From positions 474,288 through 538,287 of the forward strand of contig JAOSKN010000002.1 of the NCBI GenBank assembly GCA_027493525.1: a stretch of DNA of 64,000 bases, read 5' to 3'. This DNA comes from Planctomycetota bacterium. GTDB lineage: Bacteria > Planctomycetota > SZUA-567 > H5-PLA8. The position numbers and the translations under genes are program-made. The notes beneath the pieces were generated by a model. That model was not told the origin of the DNA. It made no database searches and saw nothing but the letters and a program-made list of their open reading frames with translations. This document shows, one piece after another, positions 48,017-56,149 of this stretch; position 1 is the stretch's first letter, and every line of letters starts with the position of its first letter.

Positions 48017-48925
48017 CTACGGCCGGCCCACGACGGCCCGCGTCGTGCCGATGACGCGGATGCGCAGGGTCGACGTGAACTCCACGTTGAACGGCTCGCC
48101 GTCTTGCAGGCGGAAGACCCGAATCGAGACCGGCAGGTCGTAGAAGCCGCTCGTGCCGGGGGCGGGAATCGCGCCGAGCAGGTCGTCGAGGCTCGCGATG
48201 GTTCCAGTAGCCGAACCGAAGACCCGGCCCAGCCCGCGCGGGTTGTAGGCCATCCGCGCCCCGCGGAAGCTCGCGTTCGTCGAGTCGAACGTCTCGCCGC
48301 GGCCGTTGCTCGTGAAGATCCGCCCGCGGTTGTTCATGCTGAAGAAGTCCGCCCCCGGCGGGCCGGCGACTTCGCCGATCAGCACGCCGTCGCTCAGCAT
48401 GTTCCCGTCGTCGCCGTCGCCGCCGAAGCGCACCGCGAAGACGTCGCCGGGCCGCAGGTCCAGCTTGTTCGCGCCCAGGTTTCCGCCGTAAAACAGGAAC
48501 GTGAAGTTCGCGCGCAGGGTGGTCCGGTTCACGCTGAAGGTGGCTCGCGTCAGCGTCGCCGGAACCTGCTTCGGCCCGACCACGATCGTCACCGTGTCCG
48601 CCGTGGCCGCCGCGCCGTCGAAGGCCCGCAGTTGCAGCACGTAGGTCCCGGGGTTGTCGAAGGTGGCCGTGGTGTTCGGGGCGTCCTGGTTGCTGAAGGT
48701 CACGTGCCCCGGCCCGCTCAGGAGCGTCCACTGGATCGAGAGCTGTTCCGGTCCGGCGTCGGGGTCGCTGACCACGCCGTTCAGGTTCGCGGTCTCGGGG
48801 AGCGTGATCGTCTGGTCTTCGCCGGCTTCCACCAGCGGGGCCTCGTTTGCGCGCGCGGCGCCGCCGAGCGCAAGCAGGGCGGGGATCAGGAACAGAAGGA
48901 GGGTCGGAGCCCGCAGCCGGCACAT
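48017..48925 (-). CDS. secreted protein with PKD/Ig-like domain
   Basis: Signal peptide MCRLRAPTLLLFLIPALLALGGAARA. PKD-like block EAGEDQTITLPETANLNGVVSDPD...LSIQWTLLSGPGHVTFSN...ATFDNPGTYVLQLRAFDG. Confidence 0.55.
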   Translation of the reverse strand: MCRLRAPTLLLFLIPALLALGGAARANEAPLVEAGEDQTITLPETANLNGVVSDPDAGPEQLSIQWTLLSGPGHVTFSNQDAPNTTATFDNPGTYVLQLRAFDGAAATADTVTIVVGPKQVPATLTRATFSVNRTTLRANFTFLFYGGNLGANKLDLRPGDVFAVRFGGDGDDGNMLSDGVLIGEVAGPPGADFFSMNNRGRIFTSNGRGETFDSTNASFRGARMAYNPRGLGRVFGSATGTIASLDDLLGAIPAPGTSGFYDLPVSIRVFRLQDGEPFNVEFTSTLRIRVIGTTRAVVGRP

Positions 48926-48958
48926 GGTGCGCCTAATCTAAGTCCAATCGGGACGAGG

Positions 48959-49837
48959 TCAAGACGGAACGCGCTTGCGATATTGAAGGGGCGGCAGGCC
49001 GTACTTGGAGCGGAAGGCGCGATGGAAGTGCGATGGGTCGCCGAATCCGCTCCGCCGCGCCACCTCCAGGATCGGCAGCTCCGTGTGCCGCAGCAGCCCC
49101 GCCGCCGTGCTCAGCCGCGCCTCCGCCAGCAGTTCCACGAACGTCGCGCCGCAGGCTTCCTTCACGGCATGCCCGGCGCGGCTCTCGCTGAGGTTGAGCC
49201 GCCGCGCGAGGTCCGCGAGCCGTACGGGCCGCTTGAAACGCTGCTGGATGAAGTGCCGGATCAGCGTGGCTCGCCGCGCCAGCTCGTCGGCGCGCGCCGC
49301 GTCCCGGCGCCGCGGCTCCGGCTCCGCGGCATACTCCAGTTCCCAGAGCCGCAACCGGGCCGCCAACTGGCGCAGCGCCTCCAGGATCGCCGCGGCCTCC
49401 TCGTCGTCCACCGGCCGGGGCAGGGGGTCGCGCGCCGGCCAGGGCCGCGCCTCCAGCGGCGCGCCCGTGTCGCGAACCAGGTCCGCGAGCTTCGGGCCGG
49501 GCGTGCGCAGCCCCGCGAAAAGGACCCATTCCAGCTCCGACCCGCGGAAGACCGGCGCCACCCACTCGACGAACCCCGCGAAACAGGCGTGCACCCGCCC
49601 GTGCGGGTACTTCGAAAGGTCGCGCCGCAACTGCCGGTGCTCGAAGTCCATGCAGCGCCGGTCGTGGTCGTAGGCTTTCACCGCCTGGCAGAACGACTGG
49701 ACGTGCTGGAAACGCTCGTGCGGCAATACCCGCCATAGCGATCCATGCAAGTCGTGGACCGTAATCCGCAGCCCGTGCAGGCGCTCGAACGCGGCGATCG
49801 CCTGCGCGGGCACCTCAAAAGCGTCGAATTCGGGCAT
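48959..49837 (-). CDS. AraC family transcriptional regulator
   Basis: Start MPEFDAFEV at 49837. C-terminal HTH_AraC (VRLADLARRLNLSESRAGHAVKEACGATFVELLAEARLSTAAGLL...SGFGDPSHFHRAFRSKYGLPPLQYR). Confidence 0.8.
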   Translation of the reverse strand: MPEFDAFEVPAQAIAAFERLHGLRITVHDLHGSLWRVLPHERFQHVQSFCQAVKAYDHDRRCMDFEHRQLRRDLSKYPHGRVHACFAGFVEWVAPVFRGSELEWVLFAGLRTPGPKLADLVRDTGAPLEARPWPARDPLPRPVDDEEAAAILEALRQLAARLRLWELEYAAEPEPRRRDAARADELARRATLIRHFIQQRFKRPVRLADLARRLNLSESRAGHAVKEACGATFVELLAEARLSTAAGLLRHTELPILEVARRSGFGDPSHFHRAFRSKYGLPPLQYRKRVPS

Positions 49838-49980
49838 GGCGGATCTCGGCGGTTCCGATGCTTCTGGGAGCAGAATAGCAGGTATAGCGGAAAAAGCCAT
49901 TTTTCCAGCATTCCCCACCGCGCCGGAGCACGGCTCCGGGAGGTTGAATGGGAACGGATCCCCCACCCAGGAGCCGTCCC

Positions 49981-50829
49981 ATGCGACACCAGCCTCTGAC
50001 CGACGCACAGCGACGCTGCTTCAACGAGGAGGGCTACCTCATCGTTCGGAACGCGCTGGACCCCGAGACCGTGGCGCGGCTCGTCGAGGCCGGCGACCGG
50101 CTGGTCGCCTCCGCGCGGCTCAAGGACCGCCAGCGTTCCAAGTGCGGGCACTTTGACGGCTTCCGCAACGCGATCGCGATGGACGACGCCTTCCTGCCGC
50201 TTCTGACGCAGCCCACGACCGTGCCGCTGGTGGTCCAGCTCTTCGGCCCCAACCTCCAGTTGATGACCTCGCACCTGATCTACCGGCATCCGGACCCCTC
50301 GGACGCGCCGCCGACCCATCGCCATCCCGGCTGGCACCGCGACATCGCCGGGACGCCGGAAGACCTGGGGCATCCGCACATCCCGCGCATGGAGGTCAAG
50401 GTCGCCTACTACCTGACCGACCTCAGCGAGCCCGGCTGCGGCGCGACGCTCGTGGCCCCCGGCAGCCACAAACTGAAGGAGCGCCTTGTCATCTCCGACG
50501 GGCAGGTCGATCCTGTCGGCGCGCTCGAACCGAGCCTCCGCCCAGGCGACGCGCTCTTCTTCGAGAACCGCACCTGGCACGCCGGCGGGGCGAACCGTTG
50601 CGGGCGGACGCGCAAGGCCGTGATGTTCGGCTACGGGTATCGCTGGCTGCGCCCGATGGATTACCTGGTTCAGGACTCGGACCTGCTCGAGAAGATCGCC
50701 GATCCCATCGGCCGGCAGTTGCTCGGCGCCACGGGCGACCCCGAGGGCCGCTTTGTCGCCGGCGGCGGCGCCGAGCCGCTCCGGGACTGGTGCCGCGAGC
50801 ATGCCGTCGCCTGGCGACCCGTGGCCTGA
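49981..50829 (+). CDS. phytanoyl-CoA dioxygenase (PhyH) family oxygenase
   Basis: LTDAQRRCFNEEGYLIVRNALDPETVARL and HPGWHRDIAG...LVAPGSHKL match the PhyH fold. Divergent from the AraC gene at 48959. Confidence 0.75.
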   Translation: MRHQPLTDAQRRCFNEEGYLIVRNALDPETVARLVEAGDRLVASARLKDRQRSKCGHFDGFRNAIAMDDAFLPLLTQPTTVPLVVQLFGPNLQLMTSHLIYRHPDPSDAPPTHRHPGWHRDIAGTPEDLGHPHIPRMEVKVAYYLTDLSEPGCGATLVAPGSHKLKERLVISDGQVDPVGALEPSLRPGDALFFENRTWHAGGANRCGRTRKAVMFGYGYRWLRPMDYLVQDSDLLEKIADPIGRQLLGATGDPEGRFVAGGGAEPLRDWCREHAVAWRPVA

Positions 50830-50919
50830 CCGATCTCAGGCGCCGGCTGCGCTCGGACACTTGTCGAATGATGCGGGTTGCGTAACGTGGGGCTCGTCTG
50901 AACCCCGTGGAGCGCGCCC

Positions 50920-51939
50920 ATGAGCCTGCCCGCCGAGAGCCTCAATATCGTCTTCGCCGACAAGGAGCAGGCCGAACTGCGCGCGGAGCCCCTGCGCCCG
51001 CCCGGCAAGGGCGAGCTGCTGGTCCGCGCGACTTGGACCCTCGTCTCGACGGGCACCGAGACCATCTGCTACGGCCGGCGCTTCGAGGCCGGCACGCATT
51101 GGGACAAGTGGGTCAAGTACCCGTTCCATCCCGGCTACAGCTTCGTGGGCGTCGTGGAAGCCGTCGGCGAGGGCGTGGAAGGCTTCCATATCGGCGAGCG
51201 CGTCAGCAGCACGCACGGGCACCGGCAGTTCGCCGTGGGGCCGGTCAAGGATTGGATCAAGGTGCCGGACGGCGTCGCCGACCGCGACGCGGCCTGGCTG
51301 ACGCTGAGCTACATCGTCCAGAACGGCGTGCGCCGCGCGCAGCACGCGCTGGGCGAGGACATCGTGATCGTGGGGCTCGGCCCGCTGGGGCAGTTGGCCA
51401 CCCAGTTCGTGCGCCTGCTGGGGCCGCGCGAGCTGATCGCCATCGACCCGGTCCCCGAGCGCCTGGAAATGGCCCGCCGCCACGGCGCCACCTTCGCCAT
51501 CAACCTCGACGTCAAGGCCGCGCAGGAGCCGGTAAAGGAGCTTACCGAAGGCCGCCTCGCCGACGCCGTCTACGACATCACCGGCAACGACAAGGTCTTC
51601 CAGGCCGCGCAGCAGCTCCTGCGCAAATTCGGCAAGCTCGTCCTGATCGGCGACACGGGCACCCCCAGCGGGCAGCACCTCACCGGCGAGGTGATCAGCA
51701 AGAGCCTCAGCATCCTCGGCAGCCACGCCACCAACACGCCGCCCGAGGAGACCGACTTCACCCCCTGGACCCGCCAGCATATGGTGCGGCTCTTCTATCA
51801 GTTCCTGAAGGACGGCCGGATGCGCATGACCGACCTCAACACCCACGTCTTCGCGCCGAAGGACGCCCAGGCCGCCTATCAGAAGCTGCTCCACGACCGC
51901 GCGCGCACCATGGGCTGCCACTTCGAGTGGAAGGCGTGA
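50920..51939 (+). CDS. medium-chain dehydrogenase/reductase (MDR, alcohol dehydrogenase-like) oxidoreductase
   Basis: GroES-like N-terminal domain and a Rossmann block VIVGLGPLGQLATQFVRLLGPRELIAIDPVPERLEMARRHGA. Confidence 0.8.
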   Translation: MSLPAESLNIVFADKEQAELRAEPLRPPGKGELLVRATWTLVSTGTETICYGRRFEAGTHWDKWVKYPFHPGYSFVGVVEAVGEGVEGFHIGERVSSTHGHRQFAVGPVKDWIKVPDGVADRDAAWLTLSYIVQNGVRRAQHALGEDIVIVGLGPLGQLATQFVRLLGPRELIAIDPVPERLEMARRHGATFAINLDVKAAQEPVKELTEGRLADAVYDITGNDKVFQAAQQLLRKFGKLVLIGDTGTPSGQHLTGEVISKSLSILGSHATNTPPEETDFTPWTRQHMVRLFYQFLKDGRMRMTDLNTHVFAPKDAQAAYQKLLHDRARTMGCHFEWKA

Positions 51940-52008
51940 GCGGAATTCACGATCGCGGATGGACGATGGAACGGCCAGGCGGCGGTTTCCATCCATCGCC
52001 GCTCGGGC

Positions 52009-53103
52009 TCACCTCGACTTGATCTGCGTCCACAGCTCGTCCCAGACCTGCGAATCGGCGCCGAGTTCCTCCTGGATCTGGAGCTTGCGCATCAGCTCCT
52101 CCGGCGGATAGATGCGCGGGTTTTCGCGGTCCTCCTTGGAGAGGTGCTCCAGCGCGGCGGCCACCGGCGAGCCGTAACCCAGCGCCGTCGCCTGGCGGGC
52201 CGCGTGCTTCGGCTCGCAGAGCCAGTCGATCAGCTTGTGCGCGCCGTCGGGGTTCGGCGCGTGCTTCGGGATCGCGAGGCTGTCCACCCAGAGCACCGAG
52301 CCTTCCTCCGGGATGAAGAAATCCACCTGTTCGCTCTCTTTCATCGCGCGCACGCCTTCGCCGTTCCAATTCACGGTCATGTCGATTTCACCGGCGAGCA
52401 CCTTGTCCTTGGCTTCGGTCCCGCTGCTGAGGAAGCGGAACTTCTCGCTGTGCTTGGCCTGGATGAGCAGTTCCGCGGCGGCCTTCAGCTCTTCCCGGTT
52501 CCGGGAGTTGCTCGACTTGCCCTGGTAGACGAGCGCCGAGCCGAGCAGGTCGCGCATCTCGTCGAGCAGCGCGAAGGTGCCCGCGGGCTCCTTGAAGATC
52601 GCGCTCCAGCTTCGCGGCGGGTCCTTCAGCTTGTCCTTCCGGTACAGGATCCCCGTGGTGCCCCAGAAGTACGGCGCGGCGTACTTGTTGCCCGGGTCGT
52701 GCGCGGCGTCGCGGAAGCGCGGGGCGATGTGCTTCAGGTTCGGGAGCTTCGCGTGATCCAGCGGCAGCAGCATGTCCAGCTTGATCATGCTCGCGACCGA
52801 ATGCGCCGAGGGCACGACGATATCGTATTCCTTGTCGCTGCCGGGCTGCTGGAGCTTCGCGAGCATCTGCTCGTTCGACTCGAAATAGCTGAGCTTCACC
52901 TTCAGCCCGGTCTGCTTCTCGAATTCCGCGACGACCTCCGGGTCGTGGTACTCCGACCAGATGAAGACGCTGACGATCCCGCCGGCCGACGGCGCATCGG
53001 GGCCGCCCGCGCTCTTCGCGGCCGTGCCGGTCTTGCCGCCCGAGCCGCAGCCGCCGAGGGCGAAGGCGAACAGGGCGAACAGGGAAAGGATCAGCGAACG
53101 CAT
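52009..53103 (-). CDS. potD: spermidine/putrescine ABC transporter substrate-binding lipoprotein
   Basis: Lipobox LGGCGSG. PotD/PotF family blocks (VFIWSEYHDPEVVAEFEKQTGLKVKLSYFESNE, YFWGTTGILYRKDK). Confidence 0.85.
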   Translation of the reverse strand: MRSLILSLFALFAFALGGCGSGGKTGTAAKSAGGPDAPSAGGIVSVFIWSEYHDPEVVAEFEKQTGLKVKLSYFESNEQMLAKLQQPGSDKEYDIVVPSAHSVASMIKLDMLLPLDHAKLPNLKHIAPRFRDAAHDPGNKYAAPYFWGTTGILYRKDKLKDPPRSWSAIFKEPAGTFALLDEMRDLLGSALVYQGKSSNSRNREELKAAAELLIQAKHSEKFRFLSSGTEAKDKVLAGEIDMTVNWNGEGVRAMKESEQVDFFIPEEGSVLWVDSLAIPKHAPNPDGAHKLIDWLCEPKHAARQATALGYGSPVAAALEHLSKEDRENPRIYPPEELMRKLQIQEELGADSQVWDELWTQIKSR

Positions 53104-53104
53104 C

Positions 53105-53905
53105 TCATGCCTCCTTGGCGCGCGTCAGGCGTTCCACCCCCACCACCAGCCCCACGGTGACCAGCACCATGAGCGTGGAGAGCGCGTGGATTTCGGGGCT
53201 GATCCCGCGCCGCAGCGAGCCGTAAATGAAGATCGGCAGCGTATCCGAATGCGCGCCCGTCGTGAAGAAGCTGATGATGAAGTCGTCCAGCGAAAGCGTG
53301 AAGGCCAGCAGCGCCCCGGCGACCACCGCCGGCATCAGCAGCGGCAGCGTCAGGTGGCGGAAGACGAACCCGCGCTCGGCGTACAGGTCCCGCGCGGCCT
53401 CGTAGAGGTCCTTCTCGAGCGTGCTCAGCCGCGCCCGCACCACCAGCGCGACAAAGGCGACCTGGAACGTGATGTGCCCCAGGATCATCGGGACCATCCC
53501 GGGATCGAAGACCGAGGAGGCCGAGCGCAGGCAGGCGAAGGCCACCACTAGCGCCGCCGCGAAGAGGATGTCCGGCGTGATCACCGGCAGGTGCAGCAGC
53601 ACGTCCAGCCCCCGGCGCAGCGCCGGCGGCCAGGGCATCCGGTCCAGCCCCAGCGCCAGCAGCGTGCCGAGGACCGTCGAGACCGCCGTCGAGACGCACG
53701 CCAGCAGCAGCGTGTTCCGCGCCGCCGCGCCGATGGTCTCGTTCTGAAAGAGCTTCGCGTACCAGGCCCAGGTGAAGCCCTGCCAGGAGGTCCCGTAGCG
53801 CGCGGCGTTCACCGACTGCACGGCGATGGTCAAGAGCGGCGCGTAAAGCAGCGCCAGCGCCAGCAGCACCGGCGGGAGCACCCAGCGCATGCGCAGGGCG
53901 TTCAT
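53105..53905 (-). CDS. potC: spermidine/putrescine ABC transporter permease
   Basis: 6-TM permease with an EAA-like loop (LYEAARDLYAERGFVFRHLTLPLLMPAVV). The start MNALRMRW overlaps the potB stop. Confidence 0.85.
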   Translation of the reverse strand: MNALRMRWVLPPVLLALALLYAPLLTIAVQSVNAARYGTSWQGFTWAWYAKLFQNETIGAAARNTLLLACVSTAVSTVLGTLLALGLDRMPWPPALRRGLDVLLHLPVITPDILFAAALVVAFACLRSASSVFDPGMVPMILGHITFQVAFVALVVRARLSTLEKDLYEAARDLYAERGFVFRHLTLPLLMPAVVAGALLAFTLSLDDFIISFFTTGAHSDTLPIFIYGSLRRGISPEIHALSTLMVLVTVGLVVGVERLTRAKEA

Positions 53906-54816
53906 GCGCGCGCCCCCTGTTCGTCCTTGAGCTGCGCGCGCCAGTACAGGAACAGCCCGCACAGCGAGCAGCCCAGCAGCGCGAGGCTCACCGCCGCGCC
54001 GAACGGCCAGTTCCGCGCCGCGAAGAACTGCTGCTGGATCAGGTTCCCCATCAGCATGTAGCGCGCGCCGCCCAGCAGGTCGGGGATCACGAAGGCGCCC
54101 AGCGCCGGCACGAACGTGAGGATCGTCGCCACCGCCAGCCCCACCCGCACCTGCGGCAGGATCGCGTGCCGGAAGACCAGCCAGCGCCCGCCGTAGAGAT
54201 CACGGGCCGCGTCCACCAGCGACCCGTCGAGCCGCTCGGCCGCCGCGTATAAAGGCAGCACCGCGAAGGGCAGCGAGCCCGAGACCATCCCCAGGTACAC
54301 CGCCAGCGCGCCCGGATAGAGCGACTCGTCGGCGTTCAACAGGCCCGCCCCGCGCGCCAGCGCCGTCAGCGGCGAATGCGTCCCGAGGATCGGGAACCAC
54401 CCGTAGGTCCGGATCACCAGGTTGGTCAGCATCGGCACCACCACCAGCGCCAGCCACAGGTAGCGCCGGCTCGGCGGGCGCGAGGCCACGAAGAAGGCCA
54501 GCGGGAAGGCGAGGAGAATGCACAGCGCCGTCGTCACCCCGGCCACCGCGACGCTGCGCGCGAGAATCCAGAGCAGGTCCGGCGACCAGCCCAGGATCCC
54601 GTACCCGGCCAGCCGCTTCATCTGGTCGAGGCTGAAGCTCCAGACGACATCCCCGTAGGTCCCGCGCGTGGCGAAGGCCAGCGCCACCAACGCCAGGCTC
54701 GGCAGCGCCAGCAGCAGCGCGATGAAGCCCATCCCTCCGGCCAGCAGCGCCGCGCCGCGCGCGTACAGCCCGCGCCGCGCGACAAGCTCCCCCTCCCAGA
54801 CGATCCGCTCAGCCAT
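53902..54816 (-). CDS. potB: spermidine/putrescine ABC transporter permease
   Basis: Permease with VDAARDLYGGRWLVFRHAILPQV (EAA motif); overlaps the end of potA. Confidence 0.85.
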   Translation of the reverse strand: MAERIVWEGELVARRGLYARGAALLAGGMGFIALLLALPSLALVALAFATRGTYGDVVWSFSLDQMKRLAGYGILGWSPDLLWILARSVAVAGVTTALCILLAFPLAFFVASRPPSRRYLWLALVVVPMLTNLVIRTYGWFPILGTHSPLTALARGAGLLNADESLYPGALAVYLGMVSGSLPFAVLPLYAAAERLDGSLVDAARDLYGGRWLVFRHAILPQVRVGLAVATILTFVPALGAFVIPDLLGGARYMLMGNLIQQQFFAARNWPFGAAVSLALLGCSLCGLFLYWRAQLKDEQGARA

Positions 54817-55879
54817 CGAGAAGCCTCACGTGTTCCGGCGGAAAGCGCAGCCAGGCCCGCACCCCCGGGGCCAGCCCCTCGCGCGGGGCGCACTGCACGC
54901 GCACCGCGCCGGGTTCGAGCAGCAGTTCCACGTGGTCCCCGCGGTAGACCCGCTCGGCGATCCGCGCCTCGAAGACGTTGGGGCCGGGCGAGGCGGGCGC
55001 CTCCAGGCTCACCTCGATCCGCTCCGGGCGGATGCAGGCCAGCCCCGCCGTCCAGCCCGCGGGGCCTTCGGCGCTCAGCTTGCCGAGCGGCGTGACGATC
55101 GCATCGTCCTCGCGCCTGGCCTCGAACAGGTTCGCCGCGCCGAGGAACTCGGCGACGAAGCGCGTGCGCGGGCGCTCGTAGACCTCCTCCGGCGTTCCGT
55201 CCTGCTCGATCCGCCCGTCCCGCATCAGCAGGATCCGGTCGCTCACCGTCATCGCCTCGTCCTGGTCGTGCGTGACGAGCACGAAGGTCCGCTGGAGCCG
55301 CCGCTGCAGCCGCCGCAGCTCCAGGCGCAGCTCCGCCCGCAGCTTCGCGTCCAGCGCCGACATGGGCTCGTCGAGCAATAGAAGGAGGGGCTCGTTGACC
55401 AGCGCGCGCGCGAGCGCCACGCGCTGCCGCTGCCCGCCGCTGAGCTGGTGCGGGAGGCGTTCGGCCAGCGGCTGAAGCTGCAGGAGCGCCAGCGCGTCGC
55501 CGACCTTCGTGCGCACTTCGGCCTCGGGCACGCGCCGCGCCCGCAGCCCGAAGGCCACGTTGTCCCGGACCCGCAGGTGCGGGAAGAGCGCGTAGCTCTG
55601 GAAGACCGTGTTCACCGGACGGCGGTGCGCCGGGAGCCGCCCCAGGTCCTGCCCGCCGAGGACCACGCGCCCCTCGTCGGCCAGCTCCAGTCCGGCGACG
55701 ATCCGCAGCAGCGTCGTCTTTCCGCAGCCCGACGGTCCCAGCAGCGTGATGAACTCCCCGCGCGCCGCGTCGAGGGAGACCCCGCGCAGCACCTCCACCG
55801 CGCCGAAACTCTTGCGCACGTCGCGGATCTCCAGCGCGCCGGCCTTCGAGGAACCACTTGGATCGTGCGCTTCGCTCAT
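54809..55879 (-). CDS. potA: spermidine/putrescine ABC transporter ATP-binding protein
   Basis: Walker A GPSGCGKTT, signature LSGGQRQRVALARAL, Walker B LLLLDEP, and a C-terminal TOBE-like domain. Confidence 0.9.
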   Translation of the reverse strand: MSEAHDPSGSSKAGALEIRDVRKSFGAVEVLRGVSLDAARGEFITLLGPSGCGKTTLLRIVAGLELADEGRVVLGGQDLGRLPAHRRPVNTVFQSYALFPHLRVRDNVAFGLRARRVPEAEVRTKVGDALALLQLQPLAERLPHQLSGGQRQRVALARALVNEPLLLLLDEPMSALDAKLRAELRLELRRLQRRLQRTFVLVTHDQDEAMTVSDRILLMRDGRIEQDGTPEEVYERPRTRFVAEFLGAANLFEARREDDAIVTPLGKLSAEGPAGWTAGLACIRPERIEVSLEAPASPGPNVFEARIAERVYRGDHVELLLEPGAVRVQCAPREGLAPGVRAWLRFPPEHVRLLDG

Positions 55880-56085
55880 GCGGGCAAGAGCCGCCGGGGT
55901 TTCGTCGACGTTGGATCGGATGACGGCGCGATTATCGCAGAGCCCGCGAAAACTGCTCAGAAAATCAGGTCCGAAGTCCGCGGCCGGCGGACCGCATGCG
56001 AATCCTCAGGTGTGCCGCGGGGCGCGTATTTTCAAGAAACCGCCCGCAATGCGAACCTTCTCTTTGTATCCGAGCCTCTCGGAAC

Positions 56086-56149
56086 CCGGAACTCGGAACT
56101 CGGAACTCGGAACTCGGAACTCGGAACTCGGAACTCGGAACTCGGAACT
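56086..56149. repeat. perfect tandem octamer array (CGGAACTC) x8
   Basis: Direct reading of cggaactc repeated 8 times. The last unit overlaps the comEC stop codon (TGA = RC of tca 56149-56151). The array lies in the potA upstream region. Confidence 0.9.

Noticed and set aside
56086-56149. Octamer and heptamer arrays considered as a CRISPR array
   Set aside because: The units are 7-8 bp with no spacers, and there are no cas genes nearby. They are microsatellites, not CRISPR repeats.
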